Below, one piece after another: positions 35,450 to 49,256 of a stretch of 64,000 bases of DNA; within the stretch, counting starts at the first letter, position 1, and each line of letters starts with the position of its first letter. The DNA comes from Amphiscolops sp. MND2022 (lineage: Eukaryota), in NCBI GenBank assembly GCA_964187785.1, contig OZ076409.1, forward strand, positions 39,742,001 to 39,806,000. The letters are read 5' to 3'. Under the pieces are notes generated by a model. That model searched no databases and had not been told where the DNA came from. It saw only the letters and a list, made by a program, of their open reading frames with translations. The position numbers and the translations under genes were made by a program.

Positions 35450-38050
35450 TGTGTGTTGTAGATTTCCAAGATCTGGCGGAACAAGTGGACAATCAGCTTA
35501 GCAAGCATAAAGTGAAGAAGTATAGTAGCCGAAATCACTTGCACAAACGTATGCTGGGGCTGAATCCTCTGTTTCGCGAATTTGTGAGTGGTCCGAAGAA
35601 TGGACGAGGAACACACTTTTATTGCAAGGTGTGCAAGAGGGATGTCGCAATGAAAGCGCATAGCTGTGGTGAATTCGGTCGGCAACTCTATTCGCCAAGT
35701 CATTAGAATCGAGATGTTACCTACAGGGTTCACATGGGCCTGCGCATCTATAGTCGCTTTATGAAACCGATGACTCTCTCTGCCAAACAGCTTGCAGATT
35801 TTCGTTCGCTCCCTTTTGCAGATCTTGGCGAAGGGTTTCCGTTCCCTGAGGATTCGTTGCCGAAGCATGCATGCGTTGAACCAAAGGTGCCGTTAATGAC
35901 ACTGGTTTCGGTTTTGTGTGATTTCTTGCGGAGTGATGGGGACTCCAATCTCCTGCGACGTTTGTGGGGTCATTTCTGCGCGTCGTTGAACTTTCTTTTA
36001 AGTGGAGTCGATCTGAGACTGTTGTTAGTGTGTTTACATGTGTTTCGTTACGCTTGCATCTGCCTACGTGGTTTATATTGTTCGCTTTGTTAAATGGTTT
36101 GGCAGATGTTGGTTCCTTGTCATCGCTTTAGTTGGTTATAGTTTGTTTTGTTTTAGGCTTTTCTGTGTCAGGACCTTGCTCTGCGGGTGCTCCGTTGGTG
36201 ATTGGCAGTGTGACTAGAGCTGCTGAGTATTCTGTTCAGTTTGAGAAGGACAACAGTGTGGAGTATTGCTTCATTGTGTACTGGGAAGAGGACCTGTTGA
36301 AGAAGATGTATAAAGACGTGCAGCCTTTGGATCAGGCTTTGCCCAATGCTGAATTGATACTATCGCACGGATGCTGTTCGGATTGGAGTCTCGTCGACTG
36401 CCCATGTCAGTGCGTGGTGCAAATTCGTCACTCGTGTGGATGCTGGGCAACAAGCGTGCTTGTTCGCGGCGTTTTGTTGTCTACCAACGTTTTACAGAGG
36501 AGATCTTCCTGGAGTGTTTTCGACGTCCCATCAAGATGTTTTTGGCATGGTGGAGGTCACGACGCTGGTTGAGTTCATCATCTACCGCATGAAGAGCACT
36601 GTGTAGGAAGAGTGGACGGAAAGTAAACCTTTACGTCGGAAATGCATTCGTGAGGGATCTGTTAGCTTTGGAGATCTTCGGGACGTGCTAAAAGACCTCA
36701 CTGATTTCTGGTCACTAATACATCCGTACATACGTTTTACAGGATTGCCTGATGCCAAAGAAAGAGCAGATCGCGTTAGTGGAGATTTACTCTTTAATGG
36801 GGAATGGCACGGGACTTCACCTTGTAGTGTTTTCAGATGCGAGGAACAGAACTTTTTGTTGTCTCGGATAACATGATAATCCACAGATTTTGTCTGTTGC
36901 GTTTGATCCTTGATGTGTGGAAGTAGTAGTTGTACGTTTGTATGTTCGCGAATTATGTCTGGTTTTTTTCCTGCCAGTTGTTAAATTGAGTCTGTTTCTC
37001 TGGGCTTGTATTTCGATAGTATATCGTCTGGTTTTTGTAGTATGTGCTAATTATGTCCTGATCTTGGTGATTGTTTGTGTTTTAGATCACATTAACTTCG
37101 AAAAAATCCGGCAAGGAAGATATGACTACGACTTTCACTGTTTTGGGGAAGTTTGCAATTTTGTTTACTGCCCGCTCTTGAAGACCCAAGAAATCAACGA
37201 GTTGCCTAGTATTCATCAGTGGGAAGATTATATGAGTGTGGAGACAGTGACGCGTTTCTCTTCTATTGCTTTGGACAGCTTCCTGGTCAATTATGATCTG
37301 GGTGAAGATCTTCCGGCAGGTAAATCGAGCGAATTCCGGGATTTTCGAGTGAAGTGTAAAGAGTTTATTGACCAGCTAAGTGTGACTATTTTGAAACACG
37401 GGAGTGTGACGCCAGGTGTTTCCCATGGATTGTCGAGTTTCTGAACCGAGATCTTATTGGAAGGAGACAATAGCTGCGTTTTCAGTTTGTTCGCGGAATT
37501 ATGTCGTCTGTATGTTGGGTGGGGTGTGATACCCTTTGATGTATCAAAGGCAGCTATTGAGGAATTTACCAGCTTTGTTGCCGAGAAGCGTCGTCAGCAC
37601 AACGATAGTACTCCTTCTGTCAGTGATATCAGGAGTGTTATCGAATTCTTGCTGAACGATTTTGCATTCCAAGATCGTCATCATCTGTTCCGCGTATTTA
37701 AACTCTGCTGTCTAGTGATCTAAATTCTTCAGTGTAGACTTCCTCAGGTGCAGTTTGATTTATCTGGGAGTACCTTGAGTCTTGGAGAGTTTGATCGGTG
37801 CCTCGGCTTGTTCAGTCGTACGTGTTGAGTACGGGATTTTTCCATCAGACTCTCTTTACCAATCCTACTTTGGATGCCCTCCGAATTGCGATTGCGAATG
37901 CTGGTTGTTGCTCCAAAGTATGATTTGTAGAAAAAGGCAGCTGCGACGAGTAGTAGGAATACCGGGAGGGGTGGCGGTCAGAAAGGAAAGTCCAGGAAAG
38001 ATGATGATCCCACCGTGTATCATAAATTGAATTGATGCTGTTTTTGCTTG
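35450..38050 (+). pseudogene. Fragmented long ORF of unknown family with an N-terminal CxxC...H zinc-finger-like motif (possibly transposase-derived)
   Basis: FYCKVCKRDVAMKAHSCGEFGRQLYSPSH, then coding-like blocks with stops and frameshifts, separated by GT-rich intron-like stretches. No catalytic motif recognised. Confidence 0.35.
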
Positions 38051-38681
38051 GTGACTGTTGTAGAACTTTTCTTATCTTGTTCATGTATTAAGTTTTGTGT
38101 TTGATTCGAGATATTAAGGCGATATTATCAGATGGGCAGGAAATCTTGGATGAACAAATTTATCGTTGTCTTTCCGGTTCGGTTTGGCTCACTGATTGTT
38201 TTTATTAGCATGATTGAGTTGATCGTTCATACACCGTAGTAACTGAGTCAAGCATCCAAAAACCGGGATTGCGTTAGGTCTAGGATTAGGGCGTAAAAGG
38301 TATCTTCCAAGTTTTCGAGGGTAATCAACAACTACAGGCGGTAGTTCCGTCGTTTTAGGAGGACTTTCTATAGGCGGTAGAGTCAAAATGTAGGGATTAT
38401 CACTGACGTTTAGATTGAATGACGTGTTACTAACGGAGGATGTTTTATCCTCATCGAACTTTTCAACTGTGGTTGTTTTAACCACCACAGTTTTCGTTGT
38501 AGTTTCGTCGCTGTCTGTCCGTTCCGTGATCTCTGTAAATGTCGTTTCTTCCGTTTCACTTTCTGTTGGCTTCCCGAACAGAACTTCTCCGAATTCGGTT
38601 TCCCAAGCTTGCGCGTACCAATTATTATGGGTTGTTTTAACCTCTGGATCTGGAATATAATTTTCCCCTCTGACTGTTACG

Positions 38682-41003
38682 TCAGGTACTGGCTGATTGT
38701 TCTACGGGCGGATATAGCCCTAGGCGAATTCTATGGAGGGTTTGTGTGCATCTTGTACCCTTTCTTCTCACGACGTAGTTGTTGTTAGAGAGCACTTCGA
38801 CGACTATGTAAGGTCCCGTCCAAATGCAGTCTTTTAAGGCGAACTTCATTGACTGGTTGTCTGGTTTCGGATTAAGGACGTAACAATAGTCATTGACTTT
38901 GAGAGGTGTAGCTTTTTTGCCGTACATTTCAAAGCCAATATAATTTTGTACTTGTTTCTTTGATTTCGGGAAACCGACTTTGGAGAGGAAAGTTTTGACC
39001 TTCTGGTCTTCCGGCGCTACTCTGATGGGAATGATGGTTCTGCCAAAGAATTTTGCTTGGGTGACACCAAATCGGTATTTTTCAATTGTAAGTTTGAGAG
39101 CAGCTGTTCTGATGCACTTGAAGACGGCGCTGATGTTTTTGACTAGTTGTTCCAGGGTGTTTCCGGCTATTCCAATGTCTTCAACGTACTGGGCACACTG
39201 ATTTGCTTTGATGACTGAATCCAGGTATTCCCTCATGAAGCTTGAAAAGCCTGACATGGCCCTACTAAGTCTCTGGGCTAGCCTGCGGTAAGCAAACGTT
39301 CTACTGGCAAAATTGAATGCAAGGATTTCTACTCACGTTTGGTCTGCCATTTGAAGGCAGTGGTAAGCTTGGGAGCAGTCGAGTTTGCAGAACAGTTTTC
39401 CCCGCTAGGCGTTGGCGGCATCAGAGAGGGTGCTGGTAGGGTTGTTGATGTAGTCATCTGCGATGAGTGCGTTAATCTTGCGCAGATCCACCAGAAGTCT
39501 CAGTTTGCCGTTGGGTTTCCGTTGGGCAAAGATTGGACTGGTGTACGTTGAAAAGGGTATTCTCGTGATGATCCCGTCATTCTGTATGAGAGCAAGTTCT
39601 ACTCTCGGATCTTTTTTGAGGTTTACTGGGACTGGTAGACTCTGCATTTAGACGGTTTTGTCGTCTTCAGTTGTTAGGTTGACTTTGAATTGCGTATTCA
39701 TGCCGATATCAAGTCGGTCCCGGGCAAATACGTCATTGAATTCTACTAAAGTAGCTTCTAGATTTTCTCGGGCTTTTCATGTAATTAGTGAATTGGTCCA
39801 TTTGAACATCGAAAAGAACTTGTTTCGAGATTTTTCATTTTGTGTTGGGTCAAACTTTTCACGTTTCCGGATTAGTTCTCGTAGTTCTTGGAGGATTCGT
39901 TTTTGTATAGGTGATTGTTCATCCTCATTACCAGGAATTTCTGGGGTTGGAAACCAAACCATTTCTTCGTTGTATTCAGGGCGTTCAACCTGCAATAAGG
40001 CGTTGATGTACGTGACGACATCGTCATGGTCTGTTAATAGGTTTAGCGCTGCTATGTCAACTGTGCGGATCATCTTCGTTTCATCGGGTTCCAGGATCTG
40101 CAGTCCCGCGAGTTAGGTGTCGGCATTTATTGTGTAGGGAAATTCCGTTGTGTTTCCGATTTTGATGGCCACTCTCTTGTCTCTGGCGGTTGTTTTTGCC
40201 GGGGCTATATTGAGTTTCGCACACTCGCCAAACTGTGGTAGGGGTTGTATTGTCCCATTTATTGGGTGGTCATTACCTACAGGTATTGACGCGTGTATGA
40301 TACGGGTACACTGTGCCGGTATTGTTTGTTTACTTCTCGTTTTGATGGTGATTGTCTTGGGATTGCAATTCTGCACTTCGTCTGTGAGTGCCATCGTAAT
40401 TTGGATCTTTGGGAAGTCTTTTGTTCCCTGGGCCGTGTCAAGTATAGCGGCGTGTTTCCGTAGCAACTCCAATCCTATAATGGGGAAAGATGTCTTGTTC
40501 ATAATAAGGTGTTTATTGTCATTACAATAAGGTGTGGTCACTAATTGTGAACCGCATTGTGTACATTGTTCCAGCTCAGCTTTAGCGTATTGTACTTTGA
40601 AAGGGGGAGGGGATGCAATGTTTAAGATACACTGGCTAGCATTGTGTTTGATTTTTTGTCAGCGTCTCTTTCGCTAATGGCATTGAAATTACGCACCTGA
40701 GTCTACTAACGCGTATAATTTGACGTTGTTAAATTCGACGGGTAGAAAGAGCATTCTTTTCTTCTTCTTGAGGGCTATGGCAGACATCAATGGAAAGTAG
40801 TCTTCATCTTTGTCGTGTTGTATGAACTCTTTGATGTCGTCTAGATCGTGTGGTAGAGGTGGTGGGCATTCCGTTGTGTCTTCGTTGCTATTGGTTGCTT
40901 CTGCGCGGATGCAGTTTGTGATGGTGGTGGTGGTGGTGGAGAAGGGGTAGCTACCGTTTGGTTCTTTGGTTGTTGTGAACAAATCGTTGTATCTTTGATA
41001 CAA
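38682..41003 (-). pseudogene. pol remnants: aspartic protease, reverse transcriptase, integrase C-terminus
   Basis: DSGA; YVED in place of YxDD; the RT thumb KQVQNYIGF is joined at ~38930 directly to the integrase tail (...WTGPYIV...). Confidence 0.8.
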
Positions 41004-41536
41004 TTGATGTCCCCTGCATTTATTGGTGTAGACGTTACGCTGACAGGCGCTTTCGGAGCCGGACCTGACTTTTTCAGGATGGGTGACGGTGGTAGGGGAA
41101 ATTTGGTACCGCTTCGGGGTGTTTCTGTGGATGTGGGATTTGCATTTTGGTGTGTGTTTGCATTGTAAATTGTCGGCTCCTCCTATAGATCGCAGCGATA
41201 CTCCGTGTCGTAGACGTTGATTCTGTCATATTTTGATTCTAGCAATGGTTGTCTAAGCGTAGCATAGTTGTTTGGTGACTCCGTTATCCATTCGGGAAGT
41301 GGTTTTGGGTCAACCTGGTGTCTATCATTTTGGCGGAGGATCATGCTGACGTTCCATTGCCGTTGTCAGTCCTGAGTCGCTTCTTCGTTACACTCACTCA
41401 TGAATTCTTGTTCGGACCGATTTGGGGGAACTTCGATGGTGTACGCCCTCGCGTCTACGTTTTCTCCGAAACGTAGGCGCGGTGATTTTAGTTTTTTGTT
41501 TGAGCTGGTGGGGCGGGTAAGCGTTTTTCACTAATT

Positions 41537-42875
41537 TTATTGCTGGGGATGGTGAATTCGCGCCTTACGTCGTGGGTCATTCGTCGCATTTGCTCCGTCC
41601 CAGCATTTTTCAGTTTTGTGCAGTTTTCCGCACGTTTCGCATTTTGGCTTGTGGGCATCGGTTTGGTTGGTGTCTGCATTTTTCGTTTTGTCTTCAGAGT
41701 ATCGTTCTATTTTGAGTGATCGACATTGTTCCTTAAAGTGGCCATTGCGGCCACAGTGAAAACAGTATCCTCGACATTGGTGTTCTTTTTTCTCCTCCGG
41801 GGCAGCTGCGTTTGCCGAGTTCAGCGGTATTAGTGTAGTTTTATCGGGCGCGCCGAGGCCATTTAGTCGCATTTAGTGTTCTAGGTGCAGGTGGATGTCT
41901 TTATAGAGCTTGTTTTCGAGATACGCCCGGTTTAGGATCTTTTCGACATGATCGGGCATTTTTGCGTAGATCGCTTTGTCAAAAAATTTTCAGACTTCAG
42001 GGTCAAATGCTTCCTTGGCGGATTTTTGGAGGACGTCAAGGAAATTGTGTAGTTTTTGTTTTGTGGGATCGAAGTGTAGAGCGTCCCACTCACACCTGGC
42101 TTTCGCAGAGGATTGCAAAACTCCAAAGCGACGTTTAAATGCCGTTGTTACATCCTTATTGGTGTCATCGAGATTGCAATACGCCTGGAGCGCGTTTCCT
42201 CTTAGGAGCCAGTGAAAATAGTTGAATTTTTGTATTTCCGTTAGGTGTGGGTACATTTTTATGTTGTTTCTAAAGAGGTCCTCAAAAAGGTCAACTTTTT
42301 CGGACTTACCGTCAAAGACGCGTAGCGAAGCAGTAAGTGATTTCGGCATTGGGAGCAATTTCGATCCCTGGTATGATTGCGATTGGAGTGAAAACAGTAG
42401 TCTTGATGTCGCAGGACGGCCTTTATATTGTTCGAACTGTGCGCGTTGCTGTTTTGGCTTTTTGGTGGGTTAATATGTGGAATCATTGAGGACTCCTGTC
42501 ACCATGTTACGACTATTCACCAGAGTTGTTTTGGAGGTAGCCGTATTTTTACAGGGGTAGACGTGCGAGCTACGGAGATGTGTTCAGTTTCAGAATCAGA
42601 ATCTCGTGCATTTTGATGGACAGATGATTTTTTGGCTTTTGGTGCTATAAGCTTTATCATTTCCTTTTGGTTCTCTGCTAACATTTTTGCCAGATCAGAC
42701 ATTATTTCTTTTCTCAAAGAAGTTTTTGTCTCTTCCAAGGTTTCAGGTTGTACTCTACGAGATTTGCTAGGACCTGCAATAAGGTTTTCGGGTTGATTAT
42801 TTTCGGTTACTGAAGTCACAAACTCTCCAGAAACTTGCTCAGCTACTGTTTTTTTATGGCTTCTAGTAGTCATTT
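41537..42875 (-). pseudogene. gag with zinc knuckle (frameshifted)
   Basis: MTTRSHKK...; FDGKSEKVDLFEDLFRNNIKMYPHL...; CX2CX4HX4C. Confidence 0.8.
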
Positions 42876-45800
42876 TTTGGACGAATAGATGAGACTTAGA
42901 CTTTGGAAAAATGAATTCGTCACAGAACAGCAAAAAGTACTAATTAAAACTTTGCATGCCCACTTTACATATTTATACTTTTCCAGCATCATTTGTTCTC
43001 GCCTAATAATTCCTAGGTATCAAAAAAGGAGTTTGTTCACAAAAATTCCCTAATGATTCGAATTATTTCAGTCGTGCGTCACAAAATTAGGTATCGAAAT
43101 TCCTAGCTCCGTCAAAATTCCGTAACACCTGTCGAAGTAATTTTTGTTCATGGTTGCGCGTTTCCTGTTTGGTCTTGCAATGGCGGCAAATTAAAGGTCT
43201 GCTCAATATTTTCGTTACCGAAGACACGCCGGCATGATCTTTCAGTCAATTTCCAAGTTAAGGATTTCGAAGTTCAAGACAAAAGTATGACAAGCAAAAA
43301 TGACAGCACTGACGGAACGGAAAGAATGTTCTTACGAATATGAAGTTGGAAAGAACAAATGATGCCAAAACAACGAGGTCCGAATAAACGACGCATACAT
43401 AAAATACTACAAAATTGCTGAAACCAATTACGAGAAGCACAAAGTCACACATTACTTGATTAAAGTTTACATATTAGGCTGACTGAGGATTTCACATGAA
43501 TTAAAACAAAATACAGCGCAATAGCAACGGAGAACATTTCCTGAGTACTTCATGATAGGAGTAGTTCATCCCGATAATAAAATAACACAATCTTATAGAA
43601 AATGTAAGACGGAAACCTTACGTGGCTTTTAGTATGTTTAATAATGTGATAACAATACAATAAGTGATATCCTTATCTATTAACGTACTTTCTCATTGTA
43701 CATACAACACAAATTCAAGCATTCGACATGATTTACCAATCCTTTCTTACAGTACAGCTTTTCCTATGCGAAATCCTAATTCTGAATTTTTCCTAATGCA
43801 TCGTTTCCTGAAGGAATTCCAATAAAAATTAGTCCAACACGTCATTCCGTAGTTAGAGTTCTACATTTGGCTGCTCCGTACGTATTAAGATTAGGCATAG
43901 CTTTGTAATATTACAATTTGTTCCGTAGTCGCTCCGTACGTATTAAGATTAGGTATAATTGAGCAGCGGCAGGCGGAGATGTAGCGGAGCGCGTAGGCGT
44001 TCATTTTCTTCCTCTTAGCAGAACGGCGTTGCTCTGGTAACATTCTTATTAGACTAAGCTCGCGTCCAATTGGAATGTGCTCAAATAACTCGACTAAAGG
44101 ATGACGCTATTGATCCGTAAAAAAAGAAACACCGCCTATTAGCTAGGTAAAGTGACGTTGTCACATCGTTGTATCTATTCGCTTAATTTGCTTGAGTGTA
44201 CTTTAAGTGAATTCTAACAACTACTTTTAATATTGGATAACAATCTACTATACTATTTTGTATGTTCTTTTCATTTTGGGGTGGAGAAGGGCTATTTTTC
44301 TGTTACCTAATTTGTCTTCGTTTTGTTATTTAGATCGGCATGTGAATTTCAGAAGATAAACCGGAAATACAATGATCACGTGTAAAATGTTAAACCGGAA
44401 GTCTTATTTAGGTTGGAATTGTTTCTCAAATGTATTCCGTAACGCATACGTTTAAATTCAATATTAGGAAAAAAATTTTTTCCGCTGAACGTCTAGCTGT
44501 ACAGTAAGTAGGGTTAGTTAATTTTAAGTAGTTTGATTTAACAGTACTTGCTATGTCCATGTCCAAAAGCTCTAGGTAGTCCAGGGATGGCGCAGCAACA
44601 TGCAAAACAGCGACCGGGAGCAGGTCGTGACAGTTTGTATGAAAAAATTTCGTCAAAATTGCTATATTTTACTGAAATTTCCTACTCTTGCCGATAAAAC
44701 AAAGAATGCTAATTTGAGAATACTCTTCGGGTAGCTCTGAATCTAACCTTAAAAGTTTAGTTTTTACGTTTTCCGAATAAATATCTCGAAAAGAAAATTC
44801 GTAAAAACTGAAATTTTCACTTTATTCTGTTTCAAGATAGCGCATAATCGCTATATTTTGCTTGTCAAAATGCTTGCAAACAATTGCTGATTAGATAGAA
44901 AACATTATCTAAAGGGATTTGAAAACGCCACAACTGACAAGTCGTCTCCAGAAACTTTTTCTATACATGCCAATAATGCCGCGATTTTTGGCGCGAACTG
45001 CAAAACACTTAGTTTCAATTGCTGTGAAAGATTTTTTCTCAGAATCACAGCAGTAGTTCAGAATAAGTGTCAATAAAATTTTTCTACAGCAGTAAAATCC
45101 CTAAGCAGTTTTCATTTCTGCCACTCAAATTTTTCTTCGCAGAAATTTGCACACACTTCCTGTTATTTTTCCAAAAATATTCATTATGGTTCGATCTATT
45201 GTCGGTGGGTATATTTGAGAGACTCACAATTCCAGCGGAAGAAAACCCGAAATATTTCCTCAAAATTTTCAACTCGTGCAAAATTGTTTCTCGTTATGCA
45301 ATCACAGTCATTTCTAAAGGCAAGTTAATACTGGATACTGTTGCTACCTAGAGAAAAATCACTACGTTGAGAAAAAGGTGAAATTTTATTGAATAGATGA
45401 ATTTCGACTTCGACAATACAATAAGGAGAGCCAATGACTTTCATAATCCATTCAATAATTTGAGTAAGTAATTTTCAAATACCTTAAGTTTTCTTGCACG
45501 ACCCCAAGGGTGGCACCACTTACGTGCTCCAAGTACGTTAGAGAATTTTCGGGACATTCTCTCATTAGCTCGGAATTTTTACTACCATTCTCCAACCAAT
45601 ACACCTTGTTAATCCCTCTGGTGTCGAGAGCAATTGCGTTGCAATAAGTGTCCTGTGTTCATTTCTCAAGCTTCTCATAGCTGTTTTGATGTCAAAACAT
45701 TTTTTGGACTACTTTTAGCTGGCTCTATCATTAGTTTTTTGTCATAAAAAACCATTTCCACTTTTTTTATTTTAGTTTTTTTAAAGAGGTCATATTTTAT

Positions 45801-46217
45801 AATAGTACAGTCTAAGATCCTCCGTTAAAGTTTTTCACTTTTTAACATATTTTTGAAACTACATTGGACAAATGGTCTCCTTTAAGGTTTACGACACTGC
45901 CGCTCTTTAATGAAGTATTTCAAACTTCACCAAGACTCCCTCAACCGATCAACATGTTTTTGGAAAAAAAATCGAGTTATTTTTTTATAAATCGACTTTT
46001 GTTGTTGAGCAAACAAGAGCAGCATTTCTAATGTCTTTTTATGTATTTTTGCGACTCGATATACGAATGGTTCTGAAGGTAATTGTAATCTGTTTTTGAT
46101 TCAGCTGTTATTTCCCACTCCTTCGAAAATCCTCTTGGCGATCGCTGTCTGAATCAATGATGAACCCAATTGAACTCCTCAGAACACTTTTTTCGGAAGT
46201 GTTGCTTCTTTCGGATG

Positions 46218-46612
46218 ATAGGCCCCTGCGGGGCACAGTGTTATTTCTGCTTTTAGGCTTTCATGTTCAATAATAAAAGCATATCTTAATCATTTATATA
46301 GCACACAATTATTCACTACCCGTTTACACCGCCTTTAATTCTTCTCACACTAAGGAAAAAATAACTACTAAGCGTAGACGAAGTTTCGCATTCGCATTTG
46401 AATGCTGGCGAAGCTTTCGGCGAACGAATAATTAACACTCGTTCGCTTCATCCCAATAACTCGGCTTGCGAAAGCATAATTACGAACATTCGCTCGCTTC
46501 ATCTCAATGACGTCAGCGTACGAATGCATAATTACCACTCGCTCGTTCCATCGTACGAGAATTGAATTGTCGTCGGCAGCTTGAGAAATTTAATTCTCAC
46601 GCATATAGTCAC
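46218..46612 (+). repeat. Dispersed repeat with internal tandem subunits (second copy at 63631-64000)
   Basis: ataggcccctgcggggca...atttctgcttttaggctttcat...actactaagcg.agacgaagtttcgcattcgcatttgaat is shared. Confidence 0.85.
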
Positions 46613-48644
46613 CGTCGAACAAAATATTTGAATTATTCAGTATCGCGACAAGAATTTTACTGAACAAAAAAAGTAGATATCTTGAGGTTTCAATAATATT
46701 CCTGTTATCGCAGAAATAATAATAAGTAGAAAGACTAAACCTGAAGAACCGAATTTATTTGAGGACTTGGAGTTTTGATCTTGCAGTGCAGAAAAACGCC
46801 AATAAAAGAATTCTTCCCTAACTTTCAAATTATTTTTTTGATAAAATCAAGGCAAACATTACAATTAGCGAAGCCCGAACGCTGGTTTCAAGAATAAAAA
46901 GTAACAGGCGAAAGGGAGGTAAAGCAAGACATGGGTCAAAAGTTACTGGTTGAGAAGTCGATACATAGACATTCTAGTTTGCGCTACAACCAATAAGACA
47001 ACATTCGACTCTTTGAGAATCTAAACCTCCTTGAAAATAGAAATTGGCAAACCTTGACTTGTCAAGGGTCGCAGCTCTTGCGGTTAGAAATGGTAGAAAG
47101 TACACCCGACTGCGTATGTACTTTTCTACTCATGCCACTATTGGTGTTTGGCTTACATGAAATTTTCATCCGAGAAAGAACGTACTTACCATTGATGCAT
47201 CTTACCAACTTCAGTTGCAATACTGTTTTGCAATAGCAAATACAGCTGATTTTTCAGGTGGTACATAATGGTTTAAAATCGTTTCCACTAAGCCACTACT
47301 ATAGTCTGCGTTTTCTACTGCTCCGACTAAAAACGAAGGTGAATTACCGATTTTTTCCGGAAGTGAGAGCCTTTTTTGAAGGAACTGGAAACAAAATAAG
47401 CCACATGCGCCCAAAGGGTAAACCTTTGACTTTTTGTGACTATGAGACTTTACATTCAAAAAAGATTTTGCGCTCATTTAGCATTGAAGGAGTCAAATAT
47501 AGCTTGTTTCCAAATTGAGCCGACATATTCTAAGTCACATGACAAATGGAACTATGAAAAGAACTTCACACCCATTCGGGAAAACTTTAGGGCGTCATTA
47601 AGTTAATCACAGTTTCGAAAATCACCAGATCCGAAACTGAAAATGTACTCACCAGATACTGATGCAAAATGTTGGTATGAAGGCACCTAAGGAGTCTTTT
47701 TACTTGAATGTAAATAACTTTGTGCAAAAATATTGCTTTTATGGAAAAAATATGGCTTTGTGTCCACATTGTTTGCTTTCATTCAATTTCATCATCACTT
47801 TGAAGCTTAATTGTTCAGCCCGTCTCCTGACTTGTCTCAACAAAAACTAGAGGAACTTTAATTGCCAATTTATTTATCCTGATTAAGATTTACACAACAA
47901 TTCAAGTTCAACTAATTAGTAAAATCACAGCTTGTGATAAATATTGTTCAAAACGGAAGAAAAATTTCATGACGTCAATATAAAAAACCTTTGACAGGAA
48001 AAAACGTTCTTCGTTTCCGTTGGAGTCTTATTTACATAATGCGACCTGATTAAATTTGATTCATCTATCACTAATCTATTCAAGAGAAATATTAAACGGA
48101 AAGACCAGAGGAATCACAATAATCGACCAGGTCTCATTCCCAAAACTCTTTTAGACGTTATTCGCGCCCCTGCTATAATGGAAACATACTTGTACAGTCG
48201 TGGGATGAAAATTGTAGACTTAAGCATTGAAGTTTTAGTTTTAACAGATTGTTTTAAGAATAGAATATCCAATTCCTACAGGCAAAATCTATTTCAAGGA
48301 ACAGTCTCCAGAGAGTATCTCGTACATCGAAACTGAATTCAAAACTGCAATATTTTCTGATTAATACAGAAATATGGGAAAACATTCCAAAGAACTGAAA
48401 TTACAATTCATCAAATGAATAAAACTAAAACAAGACTTGCTTCAAATCCTTCACGCAATCAGATTAATTTTGACGAAAACAAAATTTTTATTCAGATTCA
48501 GCACCTGATGTTTTAGTAAACGTTGAACAGATTTATGATCTGTTACAACGAGCATACAAACTCAAAATCCCATTCAAAAGAAGATTTTTGCCATTAGGTA
48601 GAAAATGGCCTAGTAAAAATGTTTGCTGACAAGGGTGAAGTCTC

Positions 48645-48810
48645 TCAAATGGAGTAATAATCGCCTCTGATTCTTCTTGCCAATTGGATATCGCGAGGCA
48701 TTATGGTTACACGTTTGGCGTGAATGGCACACAAATTGGTGTCTTCGAAGAGACCCACCAAGTACGCCTCTGAAGCTTGGTGAAGAGCCCCAACAGCAGC
48801 AGCTTGCCAC
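48645..48810 (-). CDS. CENPA: CenH3/CENP-A-like histone H3 variant, exon 2
   Basis: Acceptor gctttag|G TGG CAA; [54 protein letters not shown]. Confidence 0.8.
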
Positions 48811-49256
48811 CTAAAGCAACACAAAACATATCTATTGCCATGCTGAACCATTCTTACTAGTCCTAATGTTCATTTCAACAAGCCGGGCACGACATAAGTC
48901 GACGCCCCGGTTAATAACATCGCTTTGTAATTCAAAAAATACAAAATATGAAAGGGGACCCTGTATAGTATTTTGGCAATTTGCAGAATTTTTGTGATAT
49001 TCTGTGGTCACTTCAACAGGATTGAAAAAGCCACTATCCCACACAAAATGCCAACTAAAAATTGACCTGAAGCGAATTGTGATGGGACAAACCATACGTT
49101 CATCAATAAGAGCGCGATTAAATATAGTTCACATAGAAAGGTCATACACCAATTTTCGGCACCAAGAAACTATTTTTTCAAAAAAAAACTGAGGAGACAC
49201 AATTTGGTTACTTGCCATCATTTTCACAACTATCAATTACAGGCTAAGTGCAAACA

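Larger units (their letters stand above)
38189..43915 (-). mobile_element. Degenerate Ty3/gypsy LTR retrotransposon with internally deleted pol
   Basis: gag pieces 42517-42875 and 41990-42358; CCHC knuckle CFHCGRNGHFKEQC; protease ALVDSGA (~40700); RT RLLVDLRKIN...KLDCSQAYH...QYVEDIGIA; integrase C-terminal GPY motif. Putative LTR start TGTAATATTACA at 43915. Confidence 0.85.

Noticed and set aside
43873-43953. Duplicated gctccgtacgtattaagattagg at the putative LTR edge
   Set aside because: A short local duplication; no matching second LTR was found to interpret it.
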